Below, piece by piece: positions 10,412 to 22,429 of a DNA stretch of 64,000 bases. Each line of letters starts with the position of its first letter. Within the stretch, counting starts at the first letter, position 1. The notes below the pieces were generated by a model, which was not told where the DNA came from, did not search any database, and saw only the letters and a list, made by a program, of their open reading frames with translations. A program made the position numbers and the translations under genes. This DNA comes from Diplonema japonicum (lineage: Eukaryota > Protista > Euglenozoa: Diplonemea): contig OZ025653.1 in the NCBI GenBank assembly GCA_964019335.1, positions 558,001 to 622,000 on the forward strand, written 5' to 3'.

Positions 10412-13400
10412 AGTTTTCAACGTCCATCTTTTCAGCAGTGGAATCTTCTTTCGGTGCAATTTTTGGGATTTTCTGCTTTGGCTCATAAGGACACGATGCA
10501 GGGGGGGTGACCTTGTCAGGCAACGTTCCAACGAGATCGGAGCTGTGGTAGGTGGTGAGGTTGGCGACTGCCTCATCAAGGGCGGTCTGCATGCCAGCAG
10601 CGTAAAGCTTACCGAGGATCCGTTCCACATCTGTTTCCTTGACGTGAAGAACAGGGTTTGCCGGTTTGAAGACTGTGCAACAGTCAGCCGTTCCGTACAT
10701 TTTGGTGATGTCAAATATGTTGAGATCGTAACAAAGTTTAATAATCTCCTCCTTCGCAAACGTGACGAGTGGCCTTGCAACAAACATGTCGCTGTATTTG
10801 TCAAGAACAGACATGTTGCACAAAGTCTGCGATGCGACCTGTCCTATGTTGTCCCCCGTGCACAGTGCTTTGTAGTAGTTCGCCTCTGCCACTACCTTAG
10901 CCAGTCTGAACATGAACACCCTGTACAGAACAGTTCTGTAAGATGCGGGCACGTCGGGGGTCTCGGCGATAAGCTCTTGGATCTTCGAAAACCTTACCAC
11001 GAACAGCGGGCCGCCCTCCCCTTGGTGTCTGTTAAGAACTTCTTGCAGTTTTCTGATTTTCAAAACAACTTCCTTCCCGACGTATGGGTACCCGTCAAAG
11101 TGAATAAACCCAACCCTGCACCCTCTCTTGATCACCTTGTGACATGCTACAGGTGAGTCATGCCCACCCGACAACAAGCACAACACACGCCCGTCTGCAT
11201 CCACACCGTCAGGCAGCCCACCGCCGCACTTTTCCACATTTTTATGCGTGAACACCATTGCGACGTCCGGTCTTACGCGTGCCTTTTATTATTATTATTA
11301 TTATTATTTTTTTTTTTTTGACAGCATACCTCGATCAGAATTTGCGGTTTCACCAAGTTCACCTTCAACGGAGGTGACAACTCCGCCGCCTGCGACGATA
11401 GGTACTGTTAAAGAAAAAAAAAAATTTATATATTGTACGAAGATATGCCATACCACGTTTGCCCCCAGGTTCCTGTTGATGTCATTGGATTCCATGGGGA
11501 AGCGCTTGTCGGCCCTCCTCGAGGTCACGCCGAAGGTGATGTTTGTCGCGGTGGGGTCGAGTTTCTGGATCTGCTCGTAGGCACAGTGGAATGTTTCAAA
11601 GGCAGACTTCCGGATGGCCTTCCAGTCCGGCTTAGATATTTTGACTGCGGCAACCGTGTTAATGCCCGACACCTCCTTCAGAAGGGGCTTGATTCTGTCT
11701 TCAAACTCCTGTAGTGTGTTAAACCAAAAACAAAAACAAAAAACTGCGACATACCGTTGAGGTAATCTGCCTGCTGGGGGGAGGGATGGTTGCGACAGAC
11801 GTGCTCTGCGAGAGGCCGCCTTTAGGGATGTTCTCAGGTGCGATGTGGAAGAGCAGCACGTACCCAGCTTGCGGGTGTCCTTTTGGAACCCACAAAGACA
11901 GCTCCTTGGCAACCTCGTCAGACGCCATCTTCTTCCTGATGTTCGACATCATTTGCTTCTCAAAAGTTTTCCTGTTCGAGCCCTTCAACACAAGCTCCCC
12001 CAAGGTGATCATCACGGCATCGAACCCATAGCTCGACTGCTTGCATGATTTGAAGATCTCTGCGATCTCCTCGTCAGACTCAAACACAATGGGTTCTATG
12101 GGCACTTGTTCCTTCTTTTCCTTCGGCTTCTTCTTCATGCGGTCCCATCTGTTGGGTTTTTTGCTTTTCTTCTCCATGTTCGGCGCGGTGCTGTCTTTTG
12201 TTTTGTTCTTGTCGTCTTTGAAGCTTCTCTTGTTGAGCTCGCGTGCTTGGTTAGGTTGGAACTTAGACAGTGTGGTCCGCATGGCGTCCAACAGTTTCGC
12301 GGTGTCTGCATCTGTGATGTCGGAGCTGAACGAGAAGCGAACGGCACTGAAATAGTCCTCACCGTTGACACGGAGGGACGAGATAACTTTGCTCGGCTTG
12401 TCGTTTTGCGACGAGCAAGCGGCACCACTAGAGATGGACAGCCCCAGGTCGGACAACATTGACACGAAGTGTCTACCCTGCATCCCTGGGAACAAGTACG
12501 TTAGGATTCCAGGCGCGCCCAAAGGAGGAGGCTGCGAGAGTTCCTTGTAGGTGACATTGAGCTCTTCGCAGATGGTGGCGATGCCCGATGTCACTTGTTT
12601 GCGGATGGCAAGGCACGTCTGCTCATTGTGCTTCATCTTTTCAATCGACAGCTTCGTCGCAACAAGCCCTGCGATGTACGCCGCAACGTCCTTTGTCGCC
12701 TTGTACGTGTCGGGGAGCAGCCCGCGACGCGTGGCAACAACAGCACCGCACCTCTTGGGACCGCTTACCTTGTGGAAGGACAACGAGACAAGCGAGGCTT
12801 TCCATTTAGCCATCTCAAGAGGGATCTTACCGAGAGTTTGGATACAATCAACGTGGAAAAGTGCCTGCGGTGCGAGCTCTTGGATCAACACACCGATTTT
12901 CTGAAGCGGCTGGATCACACCTATTTCATTATTGGCATGGTGGGTGGAGACGAATGCGACACGCTCGCCGAAAGTGGAAAGCTTCTCTTTAAGAATGGTG
13001 AGATTGTAGACACCGGTATTGCGGTCGACAGGGATGATCTCGGTGGTGAAGCCCTTGTGTTCCATGGCGGCAGCCTTGTCAAGGAGGGAAGGGTGCTCGA
13101 TCTCACCTATAAGAAGGACATCACGTTGCAGTCCACCACCAAGGCTCTTGGGGCGAACGGGGAGTACAGCGTGCATCACGAACTCGTTGGCGGCAGCACC
13201 ACCATCGACGAAAACACATTTCTCGTAACCTTGTTCCTCCGGGTTACATAGTGCAACCACCTCGGAACGAGCCATTTCTTCAATAGCATTGGCGGCTTGG
13301 CCTTCTGCGTGCATTGAATTAGAATTTGCTGTTAGCAACATGTTCCCCACCGCCTGTGCCGCGATCGCCTCTGCTGACATTGCTGTTGACGCTGCTTGGT

Positions 13401-13512
13401 CGAAGCTCGCAGGCCGTGCGTTTTTCTTCTTCTCATGCTGAGCCGTTATAATGTTATATGTGGCATCTATCAGCTCTCCCTCGTCAGGGAAAAGCCTCTT
13501 CAGGTGATCCAT
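10410..13512 (-). CDS. thiI: Cysteine desulfurase (NifS/IscS type)-ThiI fusion; exons 13512-11755, 11708-11454, 11404-11330, 11282-10410; about 986 aa
   Basis: Desulfurase: ANNEIGVIQP, HVDCIQ, SFHKVSGPK (PLP lysine), SSGAACSS (catalytic Cys). ThiI: GELVLKGSNRKTFE, THUMP TFGVTSRRADKRFPMES and KVNLVKP, PP-loop LSGGHDSPVA, TGDNIGQVASQTL, RPL, DCC. Three phase-0 GTATG..AG introns (46, 49, 47 nt) join all parts in frame. Confidence 0.92.
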
Positions 13513-14206
13513 TTTGAAATTCCCTTGGCTCCTGCTTGTGATGGTAATGAGGTTTAGTATAAAAAAAAAGAAAAGAAATTCGCTGTGGGGGAAAGGGAGG
13601 GGAAGGTGAGCAGTTTTTTTTTTAAGAAAACACCAGATCTGCTTGTTTTTTTTGGGGGGGGGGGAACATGTAAAAAAAAAAAAAAGAAAACGACATACGA
13701 TGAAGCGGGGTTTTTAAAAAAAGCTTTTTTTTCTTCTTCTTCCCGATTCCATTTTTAAGTTGTGTTACTCATTCTGGGAGGGGATCTAATGGGGGGGGTT
13801 TTTTTTCTTCTTTTTTCTCTTTCTCGTTCTGTCTGTAAAAAAAATAAGGGGCGGGAAAAAAAAAAAGAAAAAAAAAAAGTACTAACATCTCGAAAATAAA
13901 CCGTAGTCCCTCGAAGTTCCATCCCGACCCATGACGGGCATTCGGGGAGAAGGGAAGAAGAAAAAAAAATAGAGACAAAAAAAAAGGTAATTCCAACACT
14001 TTCTCTTTTCCCACCGCCATGCTTCGTCCGTCATAACTATGATTTCTTCTTTCCCCTTTTTTTTTCTCATGTCTGTGTCAATGCTTCAATCAAAACAAAA
14101 TAAAAGAGATTAGGAGAAATTTTTTACTATTTTTTTTTTTTTGTTTTGAATTGAAAAAAAAAAAAAAGAACCAAAACGGAAAAAAAAAAAAAAAAAAAAA
14201 TTGTCC

Positions 14207-16204
14207 TCACGTACCACCCCGCACGGAGCGTTTTCCCCTCATAGGCTGCACAATTGCATCAATTGAACTTGAAGTACGGGAAATTATGTAACACCCATCT
14301 TCCAATCGTTCAAATGTGCATCCTTTGAAAATGTGAGTACTGCCCAACCGGAGGTGTGCAAATTGAGGCACTTTGAATGCGTCCTTCTCGTCCTCCAATT
14401 GCCCTCTCAGTTGCGCCGCGATCTTGTAAAGGGCGTGAATCTGCACAGCAAAAAGCCTCACAGGCAGCCCACATGAAGTTGTTAAAACTTCTTCACCAAC
14501 AAGCCCCATCACGTACTTGAAATTCAAGATAAGCTGTGTCATGGAATGTCTGTCCTGAGCAACAACACGAGCCCACACTTTTTCAGCGGAAAGTGAGTTA
14601 GTCAATGGGATCTTAAGCAATCCGTAGGAAGAGAAGATTTTTGCAGTGTTTGTTCTAGGGGCCTCAAGATGAAGAGACAGTTTGGAACCTTTCACTGCGC
14701 CGAAGCAATCTTGCAATGTGAACACGACACCTAACAGAACGTTGTTGCAGCGGTACATCTCGTTCGAGTCGAGGAACGCATCGCAGACCCCCTTCCAGAC
14801 CTCAGTGCTGTCCTTGGCATCGTTAAGAAGACATACTATCTCATCCAGGTAGCTCTTGGCTTCCTCTAACCCCTCCTTCCGTCCATCGCAAGACCATTTC
14901 ATGATGTGTTCCAGCACTTCGGCCTCCCGAGAAGGCTCCGAAACCAGTATCGTCTTTGTTATAATCGCATAATAGAATTTTACTAGCAGTTTTGTCAGTG
15001 CTACGCCAGATGGATCGTCGTTGGAACGTAGCGATATCCTCGGAAGGGCGGAACCGCTTGTGTTTTTTATCTTCAGCAACGCGCCTTCGTTGATCTTCGA
15101 ATTTTGTTTGATCTGGTTCAGCCCCGAACTGGACTGTCTTTCCACCAACGAATTACACTGCCTCATCAACGCAGGACGCAGCAGATCCCATTCGCAAAAC
15201 CCGCTTTTAAGATGCTGCAGTATAACCGGTATCATCGGGGAGGCATCCAAAGGGAAGCTTGGATTGCTAAGAAGCTCTAGAGAGGTGTTTAGAATAGTTT
15301 TTTGAGGGTTGAGTATGGTGAAGATTGGGATGGGAATACCGCGAAGCGCGGGTTCGGTCCCAGCAAGGAAAGGAGGGAGGCCGGTTTTAGCGGTGAGCAA
15401 AATTATGGAGGAACGCGTCTCACGGCATATAGAATCGATGAAGTTTTTCAATTTTTTTTTCGACTTCCCATCTGGACAGAGCCGGGAGGATGTGGGTCGG
15501 AGCTGGAACATGGAGTACCCAGGTGGGATGTCGACAGTCTCCACACCAGCTTCAGGTGTCGTGCCTCCAAGTCGGACCCAAGAACTTCGTTTAGCATCGC
15601 GTCCGTACAAAAGCCAAGTGAGCCTGTCTGTTGTATTTTTTTTCTTGACTGTGAACTTTGCAGCCACCCCACGTGGGTTGATGGGTACCGGTTTCCCCAT
15701 TCTGTTTCGTTGCAGATCAATAACAGTGTTTTCAAAATGCGTTTCAGGATCGATTTCAGTTGTAACCAACGTTTCCGACAACTCGATTTCTTCGTCAGTC
15801 TTCGTGGAGAATCGGAGTTTTTCAATCTCAAATAAGTATGATGCGGGTTCTCGGACTTCTCCATCTGAAATGATGATTATGCCGGCCTCCCTGTGGAGCT
15901 GTTCGATTTTTTCAGGGATCGCAGATTCTTGGACGTATAGACCTCCGACTTTCTCTGCGATGAGGTTGGCAATGCCGTTTATCAACCTTCTTTTGATGGC
16001 CCGCACTACACAGCATTTTCCTGGGTAACGTACTTTTCCCCATCGTTTGATGTTCTCTAGTTCCAAGCATTTTTTCAACGCGGTGTTCTCGCACGCTCTC
16101 AGGCCTCGCAGAATGCAGTCCTGCGCCTCGCCTTTCGCTCCTTTGTAGCGTACGGTTTCCCAGTCGTGCCACCGTAACAATTTTTCACGGTTGTATTTCT
16201 TCAT
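14207..16204 (-). CDS. Hypothetical protein, about 665 aa, intronless
   Basis: Long ORF of normal composition, co-oriented with neighbours. Start taken at MKKYNREK. No recognised motif. Confidence 0.7.
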   Translation of the reverse strand: MKKYNREKLLRWHDWETVRYKGAKGEAQDCILRGLRACENTALKKCLELENIKRWGKVRYPGKCCVVRAIKRRLINGIANLIAEKVGGLYVQESAIPEKIEQLHREAGIIIISDGEVREPASYLFEIEKLRFSTKTDEEIELSETLVTTEIDPETHFENTVIDLQRNRMGKPVPINPRGVAAKFTVKKKNTTDRLTWLLYGRDAKRSSWVRLGGTTPEAGVETVDIPPGYSMFQLRPTSSRLCPDGKSKKKLKNFIDSICRETRSSIILLTAKTGLPPFLAGTEPALRGIPIPIFTILNPQKTILNTSLELLSNPSFPLDASPMIPVILQHLKSGFCEWDLLRPALMRQCNSLVERQSSSGLNQIKQNSKINEGALLKIKNTSGSALPRISLRSNDDPSGVALTKLLVKFYYAIITKTILVSEPSREAEVLEHIMKWSCDGRKEGLEEAKSYLDEIVCLLNDAKDSTEVWKGVCDAFLDSNEMYRCNNVLLGVVFTLQDCFGAVKGSKLSLHLEAPRTNTAKIFSSYGLLKIPLTNSLSAEKVWARVVAQDRHSMTQLILNFKYVMGLVGEEVLTTSCGLPVRLFAVQIHALYKIAAQLRGQLEDEKDAFKVPQFAHLRLGSTHIFKGCTFERLEDGCYIISRTSSSIDAIVQPMRGKRSVRGGT

Positions 16205-16989
16205 TTTCTTTTTCTCGACCCCCCCACCCGCCTCCCTCCTGCGCACAATTTTTTTTTTGTTGGGTAGATGATTTAAAAAAAAATGTCTAATTTTTTTTTC
16301 TTCTTCCAGGGGCAATAAAAAAAAAGAGTAATGAAAAAAAAAGTGGAGGGGGGGTGCATTTGTGGTCGGGGGAATGAAAAAAAATAGTTTTTAATTATTA
16401 AGTTGGGACAGTTGGAGGGGGGGGGGGGGGGAAATGAAGAAAGGAAAGAAGAAGAAAAAAAAAGAAGAGAAAAGGAACAAAAAGAAATAAAAAGAAATGT
16501 CAATTAAAAAGAAAAGATTACACCAATTGGTTCCTATCTCCTCGGTCCTTCTCCCCCCTTTTTTTCCTCTCCCTTTCCTCTCCTTTTTTTTCCTGCCTTG
16601 TTCAGGTATCAAAAAAAGTTTTCTGTTTATTTTTTTTCTCTCCTCCGAGAAGTTGGAAAGAAGGAAACCTCAGTTCCCCTCCCTTTTTTTTTTTGTAATT
16701 TTTTTTTCTTTTCTTCTTTTTTCTTCTTCTTCTGTTATCCTTAAAAAAAAAAAAAAAAAAAAAAATCCAAGGAAAAGCAAGCGGAAAAAGGAAAAAAAAG
16801 GGGGGGAAGGGAAGAATAAGAAAGTGTAGGTTTGTAAAAACAGAAGAATAAAATAAAATAAATAACACCCCCCCCTTTTTTTTCTCTCTTTTTCTTGGCA
16901 GCATCCCGTACACTGTATAAAGGGGCGGAACCACTTACCTAGGCAAGGGTGGATCAAATATTCTTTTTTTTTTCTTTTTTGTTTTTCAT

Positions 16990-17592
16990 CTAGCTTTTCC
17001 AAATGCGGCAGGTATTGTCCTTAGACCCGGTGATGATAGTATCCCCACAGTAGTTGAAGGCACAACTGAAAATTTCATCGGTATGTCCTTCAAGCGTCTG
17101 TAGGCAAACTCCTGTTTCAGCATTCCAGACTTTGCAGGTTTTGTCAGAAGAAGCAGAGATAAACTTTGTGCCTTGAGGGTTAAAGGCAACTTTGGAGATT
17201 TCACCGTCGTGACCGAGGAAGGATGCAATGCAAGCACCTGTTGCGGTGCTGAAGACCCGAGCAGTATTGTCAGCGGAGGCCGTCACGATCTTCTGGCCTC
17301 TTGGTTCAAATGCAACGTCCAAGACCTTTTTTTTTTTTTTTTTTTTTTTTTTCTTGGAAAAAAAAAGAAGAAAAGAAAAAATTACCTCGTCGGTGTGCCC
17401 TCTCATGGTGTACAGGCACTGCCCGCTGTTCACGTTCCAAACCCTGCAGGTCCTGTCGATCGATCCGCTGATCGCTAGGTCGCCGCTGTAGTTGAACTGT
17501 GTGGACGATATCTCCCCCTTGTGTCCCGACAGCGTGTGTATGCACCTCCCGCTGCGCACGTCCCAGATCTTGGAGGTGTGGTCGAATGAGCT

Positions 17593-17638
<46 letters not shown>

Positions 17639-18556
17639 TGTCATACCCCGTTATAATCGTGTCGCCAGTAGAGTTGAAGTTCAAGCTGACAATCTCAGCA
17701 GTGTGGCCAAGCAGCGTGTGCAGTTCTTGACCCGTCTCCACGTCCCACAGCTGTTTTTTTTTTTTTTTTTTTTTTTTGCCTTCGCGTCTCTATCCCATAC
17801 CTTCGCTGTGTTATCCATCGACCCAGACGCCAGCAGAGTGGATTGTGGGTTGAAGCAAAGACACACGATCTCCGTGAGATGCCCTCTCAGCGTGTAGAGA
17901 CAGTCGCCTGATCGGGAGTCCCAAAGCTGTTTTTATTTGTTTTTCTTTTTAATTTGTTGAAAAAACCTTGCAAGTTTTGTCGAAGGACCCTGTAGCCACC
18001 TTGTCCCCAAAGGGTGTGTTGAAGGACAGCGCGTAGACAACGTTCTTGTGGCCTTCAAGCGAAACAAGCTCGTCACCTGTTGCTGTGTCCCACACTTTAC
18101 AGGTCCTGTCGTAGGAGCCAGTGATGAACTTGTCGCCGTCCTTGTTGAAGGCACAGTTGGTTAGGGGCAGGATGTGGGCACGCAGCATTTTGAACAGGTA
18201 GAACACCTTTTGTTTGTTTTAAGTGTTTATTTTTGTTTCCTCTTTCGATACCTGTTTTGTGTCATAAGTTTTCTCCTGGAGCTTTCCCAGCAACTGCTTC
18301 ACTTGGTCATATCTTGAGTCCGGTATAAGCGGCTCTTCTTCTATAATCTGCCGCGTCAAGGCATCTAAGTTTGAGTGAGGGGATAATGTTAATAAATCTA
18401 TTGTTTTGCTTTCTACGTCGCCGTTGCTGTAGAAGAGGTGTGTGGGGTGTAAAAAAAAAAGAGGGGAGGGGGGGGGGGGGGGGGTGTATACCTTCTTTCA
18501 TATTCTAATGTGAGGCCTGGCGGGTGGTAACGCAGCAAAAACCTTTTTAATCTCAT
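16990..18556 (-). CDS. DAW1: Dynein assembly factor with WD repeats (DAW1/WDR69/ODA16); six introns: 18427-18491, 18207-18251, 17927-17966, 17751-17800, 17591-17646, 17326-17385
   Basis: [15 protein letters not shown]-terminus, [15 protein letters not shown], successive WD40 repeats, ends [11 protein letters not shown]. All introns are GT-AG. Confidence 0.92.
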
Positions 18557-18739
18557 TTTTTTTGATTAAAATTTAAAGGAGAGAGAGGGGGGGGGCACGA
18601 CTTTCTTAGAAAAAAAAGAAAAGAGAGGAGTTGCACCCTTCTTTTTTTTTATTACTTTTTTTTCCCTCTTTTTTTTTTTCCTGTGAATATATTTTTTTTC
18701 TACGTTTTTCGAACGACACAAAAAAATACAAATATAAAC

Positions 18740-18777
<38 letters not shown>

Positions 18778-18908
18778 GATACAAAGTGATACTATGAAAA
18801 TAGCATTTTTTTCTTCTTCTTCTTCTTTTTTTTTTTGTTCTCCCGGGAAATGCTCAGTACCAATTAAGTGCAGAAGCTGCAGGAAAGGAGACAGTTTTGA
18901 TTGAGGGT

Positions 18909-19361
18909 TTACAGAGGGAACGCTTCTTTGCTCTGTTCAATGAAAAAAGAAGCTGGTTTTTCAGGGTGCTGTTTCTCCCACAAAACCCGTCCCTGGTCGT
19001 GGATGTTGTAGGACTGCAAGAAAGTGTCAACAATGGCCAATTTTGCATTATCGTTGGTATCAATGAAAACCCACACGGGGATAAACACAGGAAGTGGCAT
19101 TGCAGCTGCTGCACTGAAGATCAGCGTTGCGAAAGAAACCGCCCCTGCCCAACCACCTGACATGTACAGAAGCCCTTTCATATGGTCAGTATGCACTACT
19201 GGCAACGATTTCTTATATTCTTTGATCTTACCTGCAACCCAAGTCCACTTCTCTCTCTCCACCCTGCCCCATTTCGCACACACCAGTCTCACTCCCAAGT
19301 AATCATCGCAGAATTTAAAAACGGACGTTAAGACCTCTTCAGGAATATCGTGTATAGGCAT
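18909..19361 (-). CDS. Small F-box-like protein
   Basis: N-terminus IHDIPEEVLTSVFKFC...VRLVCAKW fits the F-box pattern. Confidence 0.6.
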   Translation of the reverse strand: MPIHDIPEEVLTSVFKFCDDYLGVRLVCAKWGRVEREKWTWVAGKIKEYKKSLPVVHTDHMKGLLYMSGGWAGAVSFATLIFSAAAAMPLPVFIPVWVFIDTNDNAKLAIVDTFLQSYNIHDQGRVLWEKQHPEKPASFFIEQSKEAFPL

Positions 19362-19596
19362 TGTTTTTTTTTTTTTTTTTTTATATTCCCTGTTGAGGTG
19401 TGGGGGCCAAAAAAAAAAAGAAATCAATAGGACCACCCCCCTTATTTTAGAAAATAAGTAAAGCCGAAGAATAACATAAGAGGGAGGGGGGAAATAATAA
19501 ATAAAAAAATGTGTAAACGAGAAGAAATAATAAATAAAAAAAAAAGGCCATGATGTGTAAAAAGGAAAAAAAAAAAGTTTTTATATAGGTGCCTGT

Positions 19597-20888
19597 TCAC
19601 ACCTTGCCTTTCCTCACCGCTACGAAACAGAGGAACGAGTGCACGTCCATCTTTGATTTGTAAATTCCTATAGATTGTATAATGCTAGCTTCGTAGTGAG
19701 TCAGGTGGATGCCTGCGAGGTTGCAGAGCTTTGTGAGATCGCTCAGTACGTCGATTGTGAGTTGTCGTGCCTCTGTGGCCTTGTGCCGCGAGGGGGAGAG
19801 CCCCTTGGCCCTTAGGACAGATGTCTGCAAATGTCGCTCCCTCTCTTCAAGGTCCTTGATGAGCTCCTGCAGATTATTGATTTCCTCTGGTGACCCGTCC
19901 CCCAGGAGTGCTTCATTGTAGCTCTTCCGTGCCCCGCTTAGCTGTTGAGTGCACTGTTTCATGTCTGCCTTCATCGTCTCCAAGCTCATGCCTTCCACCT
20001 CTGAGGTGTCGTCCTGTGGTGCTGGCTCTTCGACCTCTGGGATTGTTTCCTCTACCTCGGCCACTGTGTTCTGCTTTGCAAATTGCCTGGTGAAGTTTAT
20101 TGTGAAAGAAAGGGGGCATACTTGAACAAATAGGAGTGCTTCTCGTAGTTCCCTTCGGCAAGCCCTGCGTACTTCCCAAGGGCACGCGCTGCTAGGAATG
20201 ATGTCTTCTCCAACATTTCCGACTCACGCACTTTCTGCTCCTGGATCCAACCCCCGACCTGTAGCGATGTCAGTTGCAGCCCCTCCACAGCGCGTGACAA
20301 CTGCCCTACGCTTAGTGCCTCCAGTGCTGCTTTCATGAACGGCCATGTGAACATCGACGCCACGCGCTGCATGTTCCCTCTGGCCACCAGTGCGCTCCGT
20401 GTCTGGTGGATCCCGCGGTCTGTTTTGCTGTACTCTTGTTTCATGGCACGTTCCCACCAATCAAGCAGCTCGACAAATGCCACGCCACCCTCTGCGAGCC
20501 CCTCCGCCGCCCCGTCCAGCTCCTGCACCCAGCGGGAGATGTCACGGGCTGTGCTTGTGGGGTCCAGCTGCTTCAAGAACAGTGTAAGGTCAAACCTGTC
20601 AAGCACCCCAGAAAATTTACTGTCACACGTGCAGAAGATCTCCCACAGCACCCGTCTTTCCACCGACCCCAGGATGCTTGCCACATGCCGCACCAGGTAT
20701 TCCACAGCTTGCGTGTCGTCTTCACAGGAGTTCACTTGAACACCCTCATCCTTCTGTTCCACTTCAACTACTCTTTCGTGCTTGTAGCACTCCGCTTGCT
20801 CTGGTTGTATGGTGTACCGTGGGGTCAGCCCGATATAACTGCTGGGCGACGGGGACACGTCCCTTCGGTCGGCGTCGTCAGCACTCAT
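19597..20888 (-). CDS. EF-hand-like / coiled-coil protein; 35-nt intron 20087-20121 joins two listed ORFs
   Basis: IFCTCDSKFSGVLDRFDL and GGVAFVELLDWW EF-hand-like motifs. The GTATG..CAG intron restores the frame into QFAKQNTVAEVEE. Confidence 0.7.
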
Positions 20889-20936
20889 GTGCCATCCCTA
20901 TGGTGCTTGGAGGAGGGACAGAATAGAAAAAAAAAG

Positions 20937-22370
20937 TTAATTGGCTCGCATATTGTTGCGATAGTACTGTTTCAGGCACCTGTAAAGGTGTATCTTTGAC
21001 ACGGCAACACCCACTTCTTGAAAGTAATCGGAGTACGCAGCATCGGCAGTCAACCTGTTCTCCTGCAACACGTGGAGGTCGACCTCTTGCTCCTTGATCC
21101 GCCTAGCTTTGCGGTCCAGGACAATACTCTCGGGGAGCACCCTCGGATCGGTGGTGAGGCGTGCTCTACGAGGCACACGTATCTGCGGTGGCGGGGGAAC
21201 TTCTCTGCGCTTGTTGTGGAGAATAAAAGCTAATGAGGCGCCTTTAGCCGTTGACGGCCGTGCCGCCTCCCCACCCCACGGTGTGCTCCAAGCCGGTGGA
21301 GGGCGGACGGGGTGGCTTCTTGGAAAAGACACTTGGGACTTAGCTGCTGATGGTAACGATTCCTTCTTAGCAATGACAGCTAGAGTCTCAGTTGCGGGCC
21401 TCGCTGTCTCAGATGGAGTGACAGGTACATCAACGGATGGCATCGTGTGCTTTCTCAACTTCGCTTTTTTCAGCATCTTGCTAGACCATCTCTTTTGGAT
21501 GCGCACCTCGGTCTGCCGTCGATGCACCTGTGCACCGCTGAGCGACTTCATTCGTCGCAGCATAAAGAAGTCGTCTGGGTCGTGCCCCGCTTGCTTAATG
21601 AGTGAAAGGCCGGCGGTGAGGAGGTCGTAACTGTGGTGCGAGGCAGGGAAAGGCGGTTCCTCTTGTGGCAACGTCGAGAGGATGGAGTTGCGTTGGTCGA
21701 GCCTCTTTTGGATCCTGTACGAGGTGCCATGTACGTGGTTCAGGACGCTTGTAACAGGGTCGCTGGTGCCTGTTTCCAACGAGGACAGTTCATTTTCCTC
21801 TTCTTTCCTCTCGAGCGCCGTCGTGTAGATGTCATATGCAAGCATCTCGTGTGGTTCAGGCAGTGTGGTGGCCTTGCTGAAGTTTTCGACGATAAGCTTA
21901 GCAGCCTTCTCTCGCTCAGCCTCTACCCTCAGCAAAACGGTCAGACCTCCGTGTAATAAATTCGCATTTGGACTGTCAAACACCTTCATATGCATCTCTC
22001 GCAAGAAGCTTGTTATGTCCTTCGAGAACAGCGAACACAGGTGGAGGAGGCTTGCACAGAAGCTTGCTTTGCCGAGCTTCTTTTTCTCATTTGAGTCAAG
22101 CACCCAGTCGTATTCCACAAGTTCATCGATGTCTTTCCATGAGGTCTCTAAAGGCAGGGCCTGCTGCAGCAGGGCTGTGAGGCACCACTTGTAACAAGTC
22201 TCATCCATTTCGTTGGTGACCCCTTTCAAACTCAGCCACCACGCGTTCAGTCCTTGTCGTACGTCTGTGTTCCCTAACTCGTCCAAAAGGTGTGGATTTG
22301 TCAAGATCTTCACGAACTTTTTGTAGCGCTTCTCCCTGCCCCAGTACTCATCGGCGATCTGGGTCGGCAT
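20937..22370 (-). CDS. Hypothetical protein, 477 aa
   Basis: Long co-oriented ORF with a weak EF-hand-like segment (YDWVLDSNEKKKLGKASF). Confidence 0.7.
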   Translation of the reverse strand: MPTQIADEYWGREKRYKKFVKILTNPHLLDELGNTDVRQGLNAWWLSLKGVTNEMDETCYKWCLTALLQQALPLETSWKDIDELVEYDWVLDSNEKKKLGKASFCASLLHLCSLFSKDITSFLREMHMKVFDSPNANLLHGGLTVLLRVEAEREKAAKLIVENFSKATTLPEPHEMLAYDIYTTALERKEEENELSSLETGTSDPVTSVLNHVHGTSYRIQKRLDQRNSILSTLPQEEPPFPASHHSYDLLTAGLSLIKQAGHDPDDFFMLRRMKSLSGAQVHRRQTEVRIQKRWSSKMLKKAKLRKHTMPSVDVPVTPSETARPATETLAVIAKKESLPSAAKSQVSFPRSHPVRPPPAWSTPWGGEAARPSTAKGASLAFILHNKRREVPPPPQIRVPRRARLTTDPRVLPESIVLDRKARRIKEQEVDLHVLQENRLTADAAYSDYFQEVGVAVSKIHLYRCLKQYYRNNMRAN

Positions 22371-22429
22371 TTTGATGGCATAGTCCTTCTTCTGAGTGCA
22401 ATATTAGCTTTGACACGCTTCAAAAGTTT

